Source: Candidatus Micrarchaeota archaeon | GTDB taxonomy: Archaea > Micrarchaeota > Micrarchaeia > Norongarragalinales > SBBD01 | NCBI GenBank assembly: GCA_038046605.1 | Contig: JBBSVW010000075.1 | Location: forward strand, 1 to 11,399 | Direction: 5' to 3' | DNA length: 11,399 nt | Shown here: piece by piece, positions 1-7,227 of the stretch | Layout of the letters: each line of letters starts with the position of its first letter | How positions within the stretch are numbered: the stretch's first letter is position 1 | Translations under genes and position numbers: made by a program | The notes under the pieces: generated by a model | What the model was told of the DNA's origin: nothing | Database searches by the model: none | The model's input: only the letters and a program-made list of their open reading frames with translations

Positions 1-37
1 TCTCGATTTCCCTATCCAAAACCCTTCCTTTCTCAAA

Positions 38-250
38 TTAGCTAATTGTTCCCGTATCCTGGCATAGCGCGGCCCCTTCCTTCCTTGCAACTTTGATGTT
101 TTCCAAAATGATTGCAAGCTGCTCTTTAGCCGTTTCCTTGGTTTCGGATTTCAATGCGAGTTCAATTGCCTTTTCCACATCAAGCGGCAAGCCGGTGACT
201 GCCCTTTTGAGGAGTTCTTCTGTTGCCGTTGCGATTTTTTTTGCATCCAT
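38..250 (-). CDS. fumA: Class I (Fe-S) fumarate hydratase / tartrate dehydratase alpha subunit, N-terminal fragment; ends at in-frame TAA (possible pseudogene or edge artefact)
   Basis: Family-typical N-terminus (A-V-T-G-L-P-L-D-V ... I-L-E-N-I-K-V-A) and the CQDTG motif carrying the first Fe-S cysteine. Only 70 aa precede TAA at 38-40, whereas family members are roughly 280-300 aa. Confidence 0.85.
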   Translation of the reverse strand: MDAKKIATATEELLKRAVTGLPLDVEKAIELALKSETKETAKEQLAIILENIKVARKEGAALCQDTGTIS

Positions 251-260
251 TCAAATCCAC

Positions 261-596
261 TTATTTTTTTGGAACATACCTAATCATCAGCTTGTTTCTC
301 GAATAGGTCCTTATTATTATCCCATCTGAGTGGGTTTGGGGCAAGTAAGTGGCCCCTGGCTTGCGTATTCCTGGAACTGGGACCGTTGAAAGCCTGATGT
401 GGGTGCCTCCAATTTTCTTTGGGAACTTGCCTTTAATTTGTGCCTCCAGGGCATCTAATTTTTTTGGAGTTAGCCCCTCGACCGTGAAAATAGCATGCAT
501 ATTTTCAGTGTTGACAATTTTTTCCCCTGAATAATGCTTTGCATATTCCTTTGTGAGGTGTTTTTCTACCAATTCAACTATTTTATGGAAAGGCAT
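261..596 (-). CDS. Hypothetical basic protein, 111 aa
   Basis: ATG-to-TAA ORF that fills the gap between the tRNA-Asn 3' end and fumA on the same strand; 10-nt spacer to the fumA start. No motif recognised. Confidence 0.6.
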   Translation of the reverse strand: MPFHKIVELVEKHLTKEYAKHYSGEKIVNTENMHAIFTVEGLTPKKLDALEAQIKGKFPKKIGGTHIRLSTVPVPGIRKPGATYLPQTHSDGIIIRTYSRNKLMIRYVPKK

Positions 597-620
597 ATGC
601 TAGGGGAAGAATTAGCAGAA

Positions 621-628
621 ATAAAAAA
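621..628 (-). terminator. Oligo-T tract, putative archaeal terminator for tRNA-Asn
   Basis: TTTTTTAT on the minus strand, 4 nt after the tRNA discriminator base. Confidence 0.45.
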
Positions 629-632
629 GGAG

Positions 633-790
633 CGCCCTGGGCAGGATTTCCTTGCCTATAATTGGCGGAGCCGCAAAAGGCTTTCTTTGGCGGCGCCATC
701 GCCTTTCTTTCTCGAAAGAAAGGCAAGGCATTCGAACCTGCGACCTGCTGATTAACAGTCAGCCGCTCTAACCGGCTGAGCTACCAGGGC
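633..790 (-). tRNA. tRNA-Asn(GTT) with an 84-nt intron in the T-loop (59/60); exons 790-731 and 646-633; CCA not encoded
   Basis: Minus strand reads GCCCTGG TA GCTC AGCCGGTTA GAGC G GCTGA CTGTTAA TCAGC AGGTC GCAGG TTCGAA [intron] T CCTGC CCAGGGC G. All four stems pair perfectly, giving a 74-nt mature tRNA. Confidence 0.95.
647..730 (-). other. tRNA intron at 59/60 with relaxed BHB; internally structured; MITE/REP-like core
   Basis: Removal restores the TTCGAAT T-loop. Ends TGCCT...AGGCA pair. Perfect 10-bp hairpin at 701-724. The junction can slide by a few nt because AAT occurs at both ends. Confidence 0.85.
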
Positions 791-819
791 ATGAAGGCTC
801 TAGTGTTATTCCAATATAC

Positions 820-828
820 GTTTAAAAA
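820..828 (-). promoter_or_regulatory. Putative TATA box for tRNA-Asn
   Basis: TTTTTAAAC on the minus strand, about 30-38 nt upstream of tRNA position 1, in the intergenic gap. Confidence 0.45.
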
Positions 829-858
829 TCGTCGCAGATGGCGTTTTTCAAAGGCGAA

Positions 859-1506
859 TCAAGCAGAGCACTTGATTAGGGATGCCAGTTTGGAATCACC
901 GACAATCCCTTCGTATTTAGTGTCCTCGATCACAAGCGAAGGTGTGCTTGTAATGTTGTATTTTGTCGTGAGAATGCTTATTAGCCCCATCTCGCCTTTG
1001 TTTGGGAATGCAAAGATGCGCACATTTCCGCATTTATCCCTGAAATTGTCAAGGTATGCTGCCTGCGCATCACACTCGGGGCATGCCCTGCCTTCGGGAT
1101 AGAAATAAAGTATTGGCACAATGTCCTTTTTCCCGCAAAGCGATTCCAGCTGCCTCATGTATAGCCATAGCTCCAGGCTTTGGAGGATGTACTTATCCTT
1201 GGCCTCCTGGAGATTGGATAGGAGATTTGCCTGGGAGTATTGCTCCATCTGGTAAGCAAGGCTATTAGCCCTCTTGATTTGGTCCTTTGTTTGCTGCTCC
1301 AATGCAGGGCAGATGTCGGTTTTTTTTGACCCTTCCAGCTGCGAATAGAGGAGAAGGAGCCTAGCCATCTGGGAATCGCGCTCCATTTGCTCCAATTTCC
1401 CGGCAATTTCGGATTGCCTCCCATCCTCGATGCTTTTAACGGCGAAAAAATTGGCTATGAACACCAAGACTACAATTATCCCCGCCTTGTAAAAAACGCT
1501 CACCAT
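859..1506 (-). CDS. Membrane-anchored protein with helical region and C-terminal thioredoxin-like (CxxC) domain
   Basis: N-terminal hydrophobic helix, then ILYFY...CPECDAQ (CxxC) and YNITSTPSLVI (cis-Pro loop pattern of the thioredoxin fold). Start overlaps the GT2 stop (ATGGTGA). Confidence 0.8.
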   Translation of the reverse strand: MVSVFYKAGIIVVLVFIANFFAVKSIEDGRQSEIAGKLEQMERDSQMARLLLLYSQLEGSKKTDICPALEQQTKDQIKRANSLAYQMEQYSQANLLSNLQEAKDKYILQSLELWLYMRQLESLCGKKDIVPILYFYPEGRACPECDAQAAYLDNFRDKCGNVRIFAFPNKGEMGLISILTTKYNITSTPSLVIEDTKYEGIVGDSKLASLIKCSA

Positions 1507-2837
1507 TTTAGCTCACTGCTTGAAACTTCCTTTATGAAGCTTATGAAATAAATAATCGAGAGGAACATAGGATAGACCGTCATAAATAATAGTATGGGGG
1601 GAAGGTCAGAAAGCCCGATCCTTCTTTTGGTTATGCTAAAGCTCGTATAGACCACATAGCCCCATATCAGAAGTGTGGTGATGTAGAATATTGCCGCTGA
1701 TTGGAACCTGAATGCAAACGAGGAGATGATGCCAAATGCAACGGCGGGCGATTCAGGCGCTATTGCAAGCGCAACATAAAATAAACCCGCAAGCAGGGTC
1801 AGGTAAAGCTGCGCAAGCCTTGCGATCACTACGATGGATAGGGCCTGAATCAGGTAGGAAACCGGGAATACGAACCTGCCAAATGTGCCATAAGCCTTGT
1901 TGAACCAAAGTGAGAAGTATTTCTTTCCGTTGTAAATTGCGCCCCTAAACCACCTTATCCGCTGCTTGTAGAGTCTCATTAAAGTCCTTGGGACGCTTGT
2001 GAATGCGCGCGCTTCTGTTGTGGTAATGATCCTGTAGCTGTGTTTTCTGATGTTTAGCGCAATATCCATATCCTCGGTGATGTTGTCCTCGTCAAATCCG
2101 CCCACTTCAAATAGTATTGATTTGCGGTACATTGAAAGGGGGCCAGGAGTGATGAAGATGCTTTCGAGCTTGCCATAGCTTATCTGGGTAAAGCCATGCC
2201 CGACATAGTACTCCACTTCTTGAATGCGCTGCAAAAGGTTCCTTGGCCTGCTGACACTGACAAGCCCAATAACGGATGCGATTTCCTTGCCTGTGAAATG
2301 GCTGGCAAGGTGCGTCAAGGCATCAGGATGCACAAATGTGTCCGAATCTATTGTTGCGATCATTTCGCCCCTTGCCTTGGCAATTCCCAGGTTCAGGGAA
2401 GCTGCTTTTCCGATGTTGCGGCGCGTGCGGATTATCCTTATGCCCCTGAATTTACGCAAGATCTTGTAGCTATCATCGGTGCTCGCATCCTCTATGGCGA
2501 TAATCTCGATTTTTCCGTCGTATTTGAGGGCCTTTATTGCCCTAAGCGATTCCTCAAGCGTTTTTGCGCTGTTGTAAATGGGAACAAGCACAGTAACAAA
2601 TGGCCGTTTGCCCGTCGTTTTTACCTCATGGTCCTCCTTGAATTTGAGTATGTAAACAAGCTCAACGTATAGGAAAAAGAAGTTCACGGATAGGAATATT
2701 GCATAGTAGGGCAAAAGCTCGAAAATGAAATAGAATATCGCGCCAAGCGCGCAAACTGATGCGATTGCCGCAAATAGCGATCCACTGCTGCCTTTCCTGA
2801 ATACCCTCCTGCCGGCGTTCATTTGCATCCCAAGCAT
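1500..2837 (-). CDS. Processive GT2 glycosyltransferase (cellulose synthase/PgaC-IcaA-like), membrane-integrated
   Basis: VPIYN, EDASTD, GKAASLN, DSD (DxD), TEDMD and QRIRW (D,D,D,QxxRW signature), with N- and C-terminal TM helices. The start could be a slightly later Met (2828 or 2822). Confidence 0.92.
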   Translation of the reverse strand: MLGMQMNAGRRVFRKGSSGSLFAAIASVCALGAIFYFIFELLPYYAIFLSVNFFFLYVELVYILKFKEDHEVKTTGKRPFVTVLVPIYNSAKTLEESLRAIKALKYDGKIEIIAIEDASTDDSYKILRKFRGIRIIRTRRNIGKAASLNLGIAKARGEMIATIDSDTFVHPDALTHLASHFTGKEIASVIGLVSVSRPRNLLQRIQEVEYYVGHGFTQISYGKLESIFITPGPLSMYRKSILFEVGGFDEDNITEDMDIALNIRKHSYRIITTTEARAFTSVPRTLMRLYKQRIRWFRGAIYNGKKYFSLWFNKAYGTFGRFVFPVSYLIQALSIVVIARLAQLYLTLLAGLFYVALAIAPESPAVAFGIISSFAFRFQSAAIFYITTLLIWGYVVYTSFSITKRRIGLSDLPPILLFMTVYPMFLSIIYFISFIKEVSSSELKW

Positions 2838-2850
2838 CCCCTCGGCAGCT

Positions 2851-2858
2851 ATTTATAC
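2851..2858. promoter_or_regulatory. TATA-like box in the 44-bp divergent gap
   Basis: ATTTATAC on + (GTATAAAT on -), about 24 nt before ATG 2882, consistent with a leaderless transcript. Confidence 0.4.
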
Positions 2859-2881
2859 TTTTTTGGTTTTAACCCTTTCCT

Positions 2882-4318
2882 ATGAGGCAATATTTGGCGG
2901 TGCAGGTGGGGGTTTGCTCCCTTGCGCTTTTTGGGATGATTTTGTCCCCTACCTTAATGGAATTCCTCTCATCACTAATCCGCCTTCTCACCGAAGGCAA
3001 CACTTTTGGCAAGCATTTTGTGTTCCTTGGGTTTTTCATATTTGTTGGTTTGCTTAAGCTGGGATTGGGAAATAAGGATATTCCTTTCATTTCGATGCTT
3101 AGCATTAATCGGGTCAAAACGGCTCTTTTTGCGCTTATTGCAATTGGCTTTGCCTTCAATATCATTGCAAACCTGCTAATCTTCCAGGAATACGGCGCCC
3201 CGATCAATGGGTATGTTGCCCATGTGGCAAATTGCGGGATATCGACATGTTGGGAGGCAACCTATATCCAGCACTCCCATTCCCTAAAACCCGCAATCAA
3301 TTTCATTGACCAAAAGCTCCATCTTAACCTGGGTTCGATGGTTGATACCGGACGGCCAATGTCTGAAATCGAGCCCAACGTGGATGCGGTTTCAATCATT
3401 GCGCTTGCAATCCTTGCCTTAATTTTTACCATTTCCATCATTTTGGCCATAAAGGAGGAAAATTACGCAAATCTGCTTATTCTCCAATTGGCATCCATAG
3501 TATCCATCATTTCCGTGCTTGACGGGGGACTTTTCACGGTTGCGGGGATCAATGCAATAGTGTTGCTTGCGCTTTATTGGGGGAATGGGGAAAAAACGGA
3601 TATGGATTGGAAGTTTTACGCGTTTCTTCTTGCTTACGTTTATTTCATCGGTGCAATTGTTCCAAAACTTGTTGGAACAAACCTGGTTTTCCTTAGTTAT
3701 TTTGCACTGGCGGGAATTTTGATTTCGATTTTTATTTTGTATAAATCCAATCTCCCGAAATTTCCAAAATTCCTTGCCTACGCCTCAATTTTTTTATTGA
3801 TTTTTTCAGCCTGGCACTTGCATTCGCTTTTCAATTATGTCTACAATGGGGAAAATGCAGGCCCTTCCGGCAAGGCGATAATTTATGGCTTTCCTGATGA
3901 TTTGGCAACGGACAATGCGCTTTCCAATTTTAACGCCCCGAAATTATCCTCTTTTTACAGGTATGGCTGGTATGCGGCAGTGGTGCCATCAAAAGAATTG
4001 GCTGTAAATGGGCTTGTGAAATCCCTAAAGCCAAGTGTTTCCCCAAAGGGATATTTCCTTGGGGAGGCGGATAGCCAGGAGGACAGGGAAGGACTGGTAA
4101 CTGTGATCCTTAGGGGGAATGCAGCTCCAGTTGAAATTTCAACCGTATCGTTTCGGGCAATTGGGTATGCGATTTGCGAAAAAAGGTGTGTAATTCGGGG
4201 AACAACTTCCCTTTATGCCAATCATCTTGCCCTCGAGATTTCAAGCTTCCTTTATTCAAAAGGCTATGATGCGGTTGTGATTACCCCTGTAATGTGGGAT
4301 TATGGAAAAGTGAACTAG
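2882..4318 (+). CDS. Polytopic membrane protein of unknown function with C-terminal soluble domain
   Basis: 478-aa ORF with roughly 9-10 hydrophobic segments, a large loop containing HSHSLKP, and a hydrophilic C-terminal third. Confidence 0.85.
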   Translation: MRQYLAVQVGVCSLALFGMILSPTLMEFLSSLIRLLTEGNTFGKHFVFLGFFIFVGLLKLGLGNKDIPFISMLSINRVKTALFALIAIGFAFNIIANLLIFQEYGAPINGYVAHVANCGISTCWEATYIQHSHSLKPAINFIDQKLHLNLGSMVDTGRPMSEIEPNVDAVSIIALAILALIFTISIILAIKEENYANLLILQLASIVSIISVLDGGLFTVAGINAIVLLALYWGNGEKTDMDWKFYAFLLAYVYFIGAIVPKLVGTNLVFLSYFALAGILISIFILYKSNLPKFPKFLAYASIFLLIFSAWHLHSLFNYVYNGENAGPSGKAIIYGFPDDLATDNALSNFNAPKLSSFYRYGWYAAVVPSKELAVNGLVKSLKPSVSPKGYFLGEADSQEDREGLVTVILRGNAAPVEISTVSFRAIGYAICEKRCVIRGTTSLYANHLALEISSFLYSKGYDAVVITPVMWDYGKVN

Positions 4319-4395
4319 TTTCTAAGGCGAATGGAATTTAAGGTGTATTGCGGGGTTTGGACCTTGTTTCATATTTTGCTTTTTTTCCATCCTAA

Positions 4396-5685
4396 TTAGA
4401 GCACTTTCCTGTACGCATCCATCAGCTTATCCGTGCTCTTCTCAATGGAAAATCCAAGCGCAGTCCTCCTTGCATTCTGCTGTATCCTGCGCTTTGCGCC
4501 ATCGCGGAGTTGGAGCCCCTTAAGCATCTTTTCCGCGCATTCCTCCTCGTCAAATGGCTTGAACAGGAAGCCGTTCCTTCCCTCCTGAAGCAGTTCCGGA
4601 ATCGCAAGGCTATTTGCGCCAACGCAAACACGTTCGCATGCCATTGCCTCGAGCAGGGCGAGCCCCTGGGTTTCAAAAGTGCTGGCGGTTGCAAACACAT
4701 CGGCTGCGCAGTAAAAAAACGGCACCTCGAATTCCTTCACGAAGCCCGTGAAAATTATCTCCTTTTCCAAACCCAGCTTTTTGGCCAATTTCATGTACTT
4801 CGATTTGGCAGGCCCATCGCCCTGGATGATGAATTTGGCCTCCTGGCTTTTCCGAAGCATTGCAAATGCCTTGATGAGGACTTCCACATTCTTTTCCTCG
4901 GATAGCCTTCCTGCCGTCACTATGAGTTTTTCGTGCCTTTGTATCCCAAGTAGCTCCCTTACAATGTTCGGGTCGTATTTTGCGGAAAATTTGGAGGTAT
5001 TGGTGCCATTTGGGACAACTGCCGTGTTCCCTATGCCATTCTTGTTCAATAGTTTTTCAATCACATGTGATGGGGCGGTTACCAAATCAAAGGGCGAATA
5101 GAACTGCTTTATTGTGCCCCATGCAAATGCGGAAAAAAGTTTCTTCCCAATGAAGTTTTTTGTGATATAGGAGGGGGCTTTAGGCATCATGGTATGGAAT
5201 GTGCCAATCAGGGGAAGGTTCAGCGCCTTGGCGCTTGCAATAGCGGCAACCCCCATGGACGCAATTGCGTGTGAATGGACGAGGTCGATTTTGTGCTTTT
5301 GCGCAACCCTTATGGAATTTAGCGGGAATATCGCTAGCTTGTATTGTGGGTATGGCGGAAAAACCAGTGAATCAAAAAAGAACGTTTTGGGATTGCCGTA
5401 TTCCCTCTTCTCATTGGCCGTGCCTGAAGTGAAAATGAATACCTCATCGCCCCTTTTTTCCAATTCGCCCTTGTAGCCTATCATGGCGTTGACAACGCCA
5501 TCCACGTTGGGCAGGTAGGTATCCGTGTAAAAGCCGATTTTCAGGTTGGATTTGCCATCCCATTTTTTCCTATCCGGCCTAAGCCTGAATTTATGGATCG
5601 CCTTCATGAGATCGAGCTTTCTTAGGTTGATTTGCATATTCGGAATTTTTAATTGTGCCATATTTGACGCCAATTGTATTTGCAC
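4396..5685 (-). CDS. GT4 family (GT-B) glycosyltransferase, 1,2-diacylglycerol 3-glucosyltransferase-like
   Basis: FYTDTYLPNVDGVV, TFHT, GRLSEEKN, GDGP and ETQGLALLEAMA (Ex7E). The true start is probably an internal Met (5661, 5637 or 5607) rather than GTG 5685. Confidence 0.92.
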   Translation of the reverse strand: MQIQLASNMAQLKIPNMQINLRKLDLMKAIHKFRLRPDRKKWDGKSNLKIGFYTDTYLPNVDGVVNAMIGYKGELEKRGDEVFIFTSGTANEKREYGNPKTFFFDSLVFPPYPQYKLAIFPLNSIRVAQKHKIDLVHSHAIASMGVAAIASAKALNLPLIGTFHTMMPKAPSYITKNFIGKKLFSAFAWGTIKQFYSPFDLVTAPSHVIEKLLNKNGIGNTAVVPNGTNTSKFSAKYDPNIVRELLGIQRHEKLIVTAGRLSEEKNVEVLIKAFAMLRKSQEAKFIIQGDGPAKSKYMKLAKKLGLEKEIIFTGFVKEFEVPFFYCAADVFATASTFETQGLALLEAMACERVCVGANSLAIPELLQEGRNGFLFKPFDEEECAEKMLKGLQLRDGAKRRIQQNARRTALGFSIEKSTDKLMDAYRKVL

Positions 5686-5750
5686 TATGTATGAATTGGA
5701 ATTGGTAGGGCATTGTTCCTGATCAATTCATCCTAATCCATTGCGCTTTC

Positions 5751-6857
5751 TCATCTTGTGATTTCAGCCATTTCAAAAACCTCGAGCAAATGTTTTTTTC
5801 CCTCGAAATGCCTCCGGGCCGGCTCGATGATTTTATTGAGCTCAAGGGCAACTGCGGCTTTTAGGTCCATTGCATGAAGGGTTTTTGCAAGGTAGGCCAA
5901 TTCCAGCTCGTCATAGCTTCCAAACTCCAAATCACCGCCATATTTGCTATCCCGGCTAATGGAGAATGTTTTTTTCTCATGGAAAATTATGTGCCTTGCA
6001 ATTTCGAGAACCGGATTGCCCTCTATTGCAGCCGGGCAGTACGCCTTCCTCATCTTCTCCGAAATTTCCTTTTCGGAATCATGGATGAAAATTGCCGAGG
6101 AGGGGAGTGATTTGCTCATCTTATTCTGTGCAACGATTTCCTCTTTTTCCGCAAGGCGCTCGCCGGCTGGCTCTATGAATTTCGAAAAGTCACGGCCATC
6201 TGAACTCTTGGGTTCAGTCAAGCCCGGAATCAGATGATGGTGCAATGCAATTGGTTTTTTTAGCTTCATCTTCGGGAAAACCTCGCGTGCAACCATGTGT
6301 ATTTTTCGCTGGTCCATTCCCGCATGCGCAACATCAACTCCCAGGTGCTTGATATCAATTCCCTGCATCGAAGGATAAAAGTACTGCGCAAGCTCAAGTG
6401 AATCGCGCTCGCTTCTTCCCATGATGGTTAGGCAGCGCGTTGCCCGGGCAAGTGTCATGTGCTTTGAAAAGGTGATCACATCCTTCCAATATTCGTCGTT
6501 TCCCTGATATAATTCAGTGCCGCGGACAATTTTTACGCCGGGGCAGAAGAATTTGAATGCCTCCTCGTAGTATTTCGAGGCGGTTTTGATTTTCTCCCAA
6601 TCGCCGGATAGCTTGTTGTTTATCACGGAATGCCAATCCGCAAGGAAAACCTGCGTCTTGAAGCCGGCCTTTGTGAGATCGTTGACCTTGAATCCATTGA
6701 TTAGAAGGCTTCCTAAATGCAGTTTTCCGGATATTTCAAGCCCAATGTAGTGCGACGGGTGGCTATTTGTGCCCAGTAATTCCCTTAATTCGTCCCTGGC
6801 AACAATTTCTTCACAAGGCGCCCTTTCTATTAGCGCCATTTTACCCTCAAGATCCAT
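5751..6857 (-). CDS. tyrS: Tyrosine--tRNA ligase (archaeal type)
   Basis: YIGLEISGKLHLGS (HIGH), LADWHS, YPSMQGIDI, GMDQRKIH, KMSKS, AYCP and LHAMDLK motifs. Confidence 0.97.
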   Translation of the reverse strand: MDLEGKMALIERAPCEEIVARDELRELLGTNSHPSHYIGLEISGKLHLGSLLINGFKVNDLTKAGFKTQVFLADWHSVINNKLSGDWEKIKTASKYYEEAFKFFCPGVKIVRGTELYQGNDEYWKDVITFSKHMTLARATRCLTIMGRSERDSLELAQYFYPSMQGIDIKHLGVDVAHAGMDQRKIHMVAREVFPKMKLKKPIALHHHLIPGLTEPKSSDGRDFSKFIEPAGERLAEKEEIVAQNKMSKSLPSSAIFIHDSEKEISEKMRKAYCPAAIEGNPVLEIARHIIFHEKKTFSISRDSKYGGDLEFGSYDELELAYLAKTLHAMDLKAAVALELNKIIEPARRHFEGKKHLLEVFEMAEITR

Positions 6858-6980
6858 TTTGCATCCCTAAATGTAATTTTTCGGGGCTTTTAATTGGTGC
6901 GCATGCGGTAAAAACAAAGAATTAGGGGGCAATTGACAATTCAAATATGCTTAGGGGCTAGTGCCCATTTGCGAAAATTC

Positions 6981-6986
6981 AAAAAA
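6981..6986 (-). terminator. Oligo-T tract after rps17e
   Basis: TTTTTT immediately after the TAG stop on the minus strand. Confidence 0.35.
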
Positions 6987-7196
6987 CTAGGCAGCTATTG
7001 GCGCTGGCGCATGCTGTTTCATTAGGACGGTTATCTCTCCGGCTAGCCTATTTAGCTCCACCTGGTTTTGGTTCATTATCCCAAGCTTCCGGAGCGATGC
7101 CTTGTTCTTGGAAAAATCCAGGCTAAAAAGGCTCGAATTTGCCTCGACCAGCTTGTGCGCTGCCACTTTAGTCACCCTTCCCTTTACTCTTCCCAT
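6987..7196 (-). CDS. rps17e: 30S ribosomal protein S17e (eS17)
   Basis: MGRVK..., FSLDFSKNK and NRLAGEIT match the eS17 pattern MGRVR...DF..NK...N.IAGYIT; 69 aa. Confidence 0.9.
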   Translation of the reverse strand: MGRVKGRVTKVAAHKLVEANSSLFSLDFSKNKASLRKLGIMNQNQVELNRLAGEITVLMKQHAPAPIAA

Positions 7197-7200
7197 TCAT

Positions 7201-7206
7201 ATCACC
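7201..7206 (-). promoter_or_regulatory. Shine-Dalgarno motif for rps17e
   Basis: GGTGAT on the minus strand, 4 nt before the ATG. Confidence 0.6.
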
Positions 7207-7227
7207 AATTTTTAAGCAATTTTCTAA

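Noticed and set aside
38-40. Stop-codon reassignment explaining the TAA in fumA
   Set aside because: TAA is the normal terminator of several complete genes here (GT4, methyltransferase, ABC ATPase).
534-755. 73-aa + strand ORF, and likewise 7068-7310
   Set aside because: Both are antisense to tRNA genes and neighbouring CDSs, with no protein-like features.
2196-2672. Longer antisense or alternate-frame ORFs (e.g. 2196-2672, 4510-4905, 10477-10956)
   Set aside because: They are shadows of well-supported genes on the opposite strand.
6110-6220. Extra segment before KMSKS in TyrRS as an intein or novel insertion
   Set aside because: It is short and lacks intein termini; variable-length linkers at this position are known in this archaeal TyrRS subtype.
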